64,000 nucleotides of DNA, from positions 343,635 through 407,634 of the IMG/VR virus record IMGVR_UViG_3300036853_000446; one strand, written 5' to 3'. The first letter of the stretch is position 1. Each line of letters opens with the position of its first letter. The position numbers were made by a program, and so were the translations under genes. Under the pieces are notes generated by a model. It was not told the DNA's origin, searched no databases, and worked only from the letters and a program-made list of their open reading frames with translations. Of this stretch, positions 63,901 through 64,000 are shown piece after piece.

Positions 63901-64000
63901 CGTGTCCAAAAGAGCGGCGATCCTGTTGGAAACGTCTGAGCGGAATTGTCGACGACGACAAGTGAGCCCGCCGCGACGACAGGTGCCCCCAAGCCCTTGC
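60906..64000 (-). CDS. large virion protein with repeated lectin/jelly-roll-like modules; 5' end beyond the window
   Basis: Frame is open to the window edge; repeated DWS...YRL/HTYRV/HKYRL/HDYRI...V.V..DG motifs and YE.D.LP repeats. Confidence 0.65.
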   Translation of the reverse strand, partial: KGLGAPVVAAGSLVVVDNSAQTFPTGSPLFWTRAIDLSFDHVFSAAWRFSLDAVTASEGVWTGIVAGYANEHVAYVIGYLDDGGVRKIGLLKRGARDSVAVADAWTGGLDSNGVATGAPVPLDWSVQRSYRLFTDREGVVRLYVDGSIVGTLRMTADEAPFLEELNAPFDEIQGVFFGSLSRPAMSTSTWDFYRYLSQPINAFQTSPSSFVSYEGDVLPEADASPWTPIGFHGTARISLGVLILDSTSATDVATSASAGLIGGDFHGYVKIEPLLAASSQVVVDVGLQMLTQTHGVDPDGLMVAVDDGTRLMQLCFFPSESCPRLSYGGRSLPDEFAPFVWSTGNEARRGASLGNQSVAMRGRLLRITDTSTTDGRVYFIEDDVPSESAFRVIDSTFDYFFETRLEVISYDADSSGFAGAFAQVFDGVRAIGIMLVEIAGVRYVAFHSDGVELGVSARFPFNWNDGAPHTYRVRKSTAGNLVTVFADGAFLISFAYNGFGAPAPDTGMLSFGSSTPASDEARSVVDWSYCNAWRVETSPRRYMGLWKGTDRDSLTGYHLPLKTSGTATVVGNALEDPLADFVAANIQSGDSIVVDDGLNKGVCEVATCVNLQKLTLTSSWPAQPSIVAYRIVQETDWSVPHKYRLARDSTGSVSVFLDESVLPLIRVDYDSISLPVSGAGVVQTLSHGLPAIAFGSFNPEHLEQSQWDFVRYGLTRNATDLNAVPPHQVLNQWNVMESPERLTAAVPLTNFRSSSTGTTSQADPDFLSRGDVPAFTRLNQGTPAVPSTQTFETRRPFVTQTPVGSMSDPGGVLSDPGTFSVNDGETRYAFTVPEDVLYTSLQLVETATGEEGLLAPMGDSPNPSYGGVNYQNEVCLNYEADALPENADSPTPWILNSDDPGQVSMGVSSGVLTYGTGDSGTKTAYLNNTPLPDAPSHVTTAAFRIRLAQDATLGIGDSQVRFGLSAPGMTLGIGFVTHPSGERFVEVFDLNNGAVMGRATVDYLDGDYHDYRIVRDPGGGVVEVYIDDAE

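Noticed and set aside
49851-64000. Diversity-generating retroelement acting on tail fibres
   Set aside because: No reverse transcriptase and no template/variable repeat pair was noticed in the window.
1-64000. tRNA, rRNA or structured ncRNA genes
   Set aside because: Intergenic gaps are short and no cloverleaf or T-loop signature was recognised by eye; tRNAscan or Infernal would be needed to exclude them.

Overview
GC-rich, gene-dense segment of a large tailed dsDNA phage or prophage genome. No host housekeeping operons, rRNA, tRNA or CRISPR array were recognised, and no integrase, terminase or capsid gene lies in the window. The style of its cargo (Gly/Cys-rich lipoproteins, the TA pair, a lone receiver domain) suggests a myxobacterial, Polyangiaceae-like host; this is inference. 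Layout: (1) 0-29 kb, a mixed accessory and metabolic region with a 2H phosphoesterase, four paralogous HExGH...ExFAE metalloproteases, type IB topoisomerase, RNase HII, Dam-type MTase, receiver domain, GH13 alpha-amylase, DHH phosphoesterase, YkgJ-like protein, H1-like basic protein, DUF1848-like protein, ClpX, nitrilase and a Ycf46-like AAA / DUF1257-like / DUF2997-like triad. (2) 29-38 kb, replication genes: family A DNA polymerase, stand-alone primase Zn-binding domain, DnaB-like helicase, SNF2 helicase. (3) 38-45 kb, a RelE/ParE TA pair, a possible lysis cassette and opposite-strand lipoproteins. (4) 45-64 kb, baseplate and tail-fibre-type structural genes, with the last ORF open at the window edge. 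The most striking signals are a short terminal peptide tag (RVAxRY/F-like) shared by otherwise unrelated enzymes, four of them in one translationally coupled operon (candidate virion-packaged, injected effector set), and a CGGTGTA heptamer 9-13 nt upstream of ten likely start codons (candidate phage-specific promoter). Family assignments come from motifs read by eye, not from database searches.
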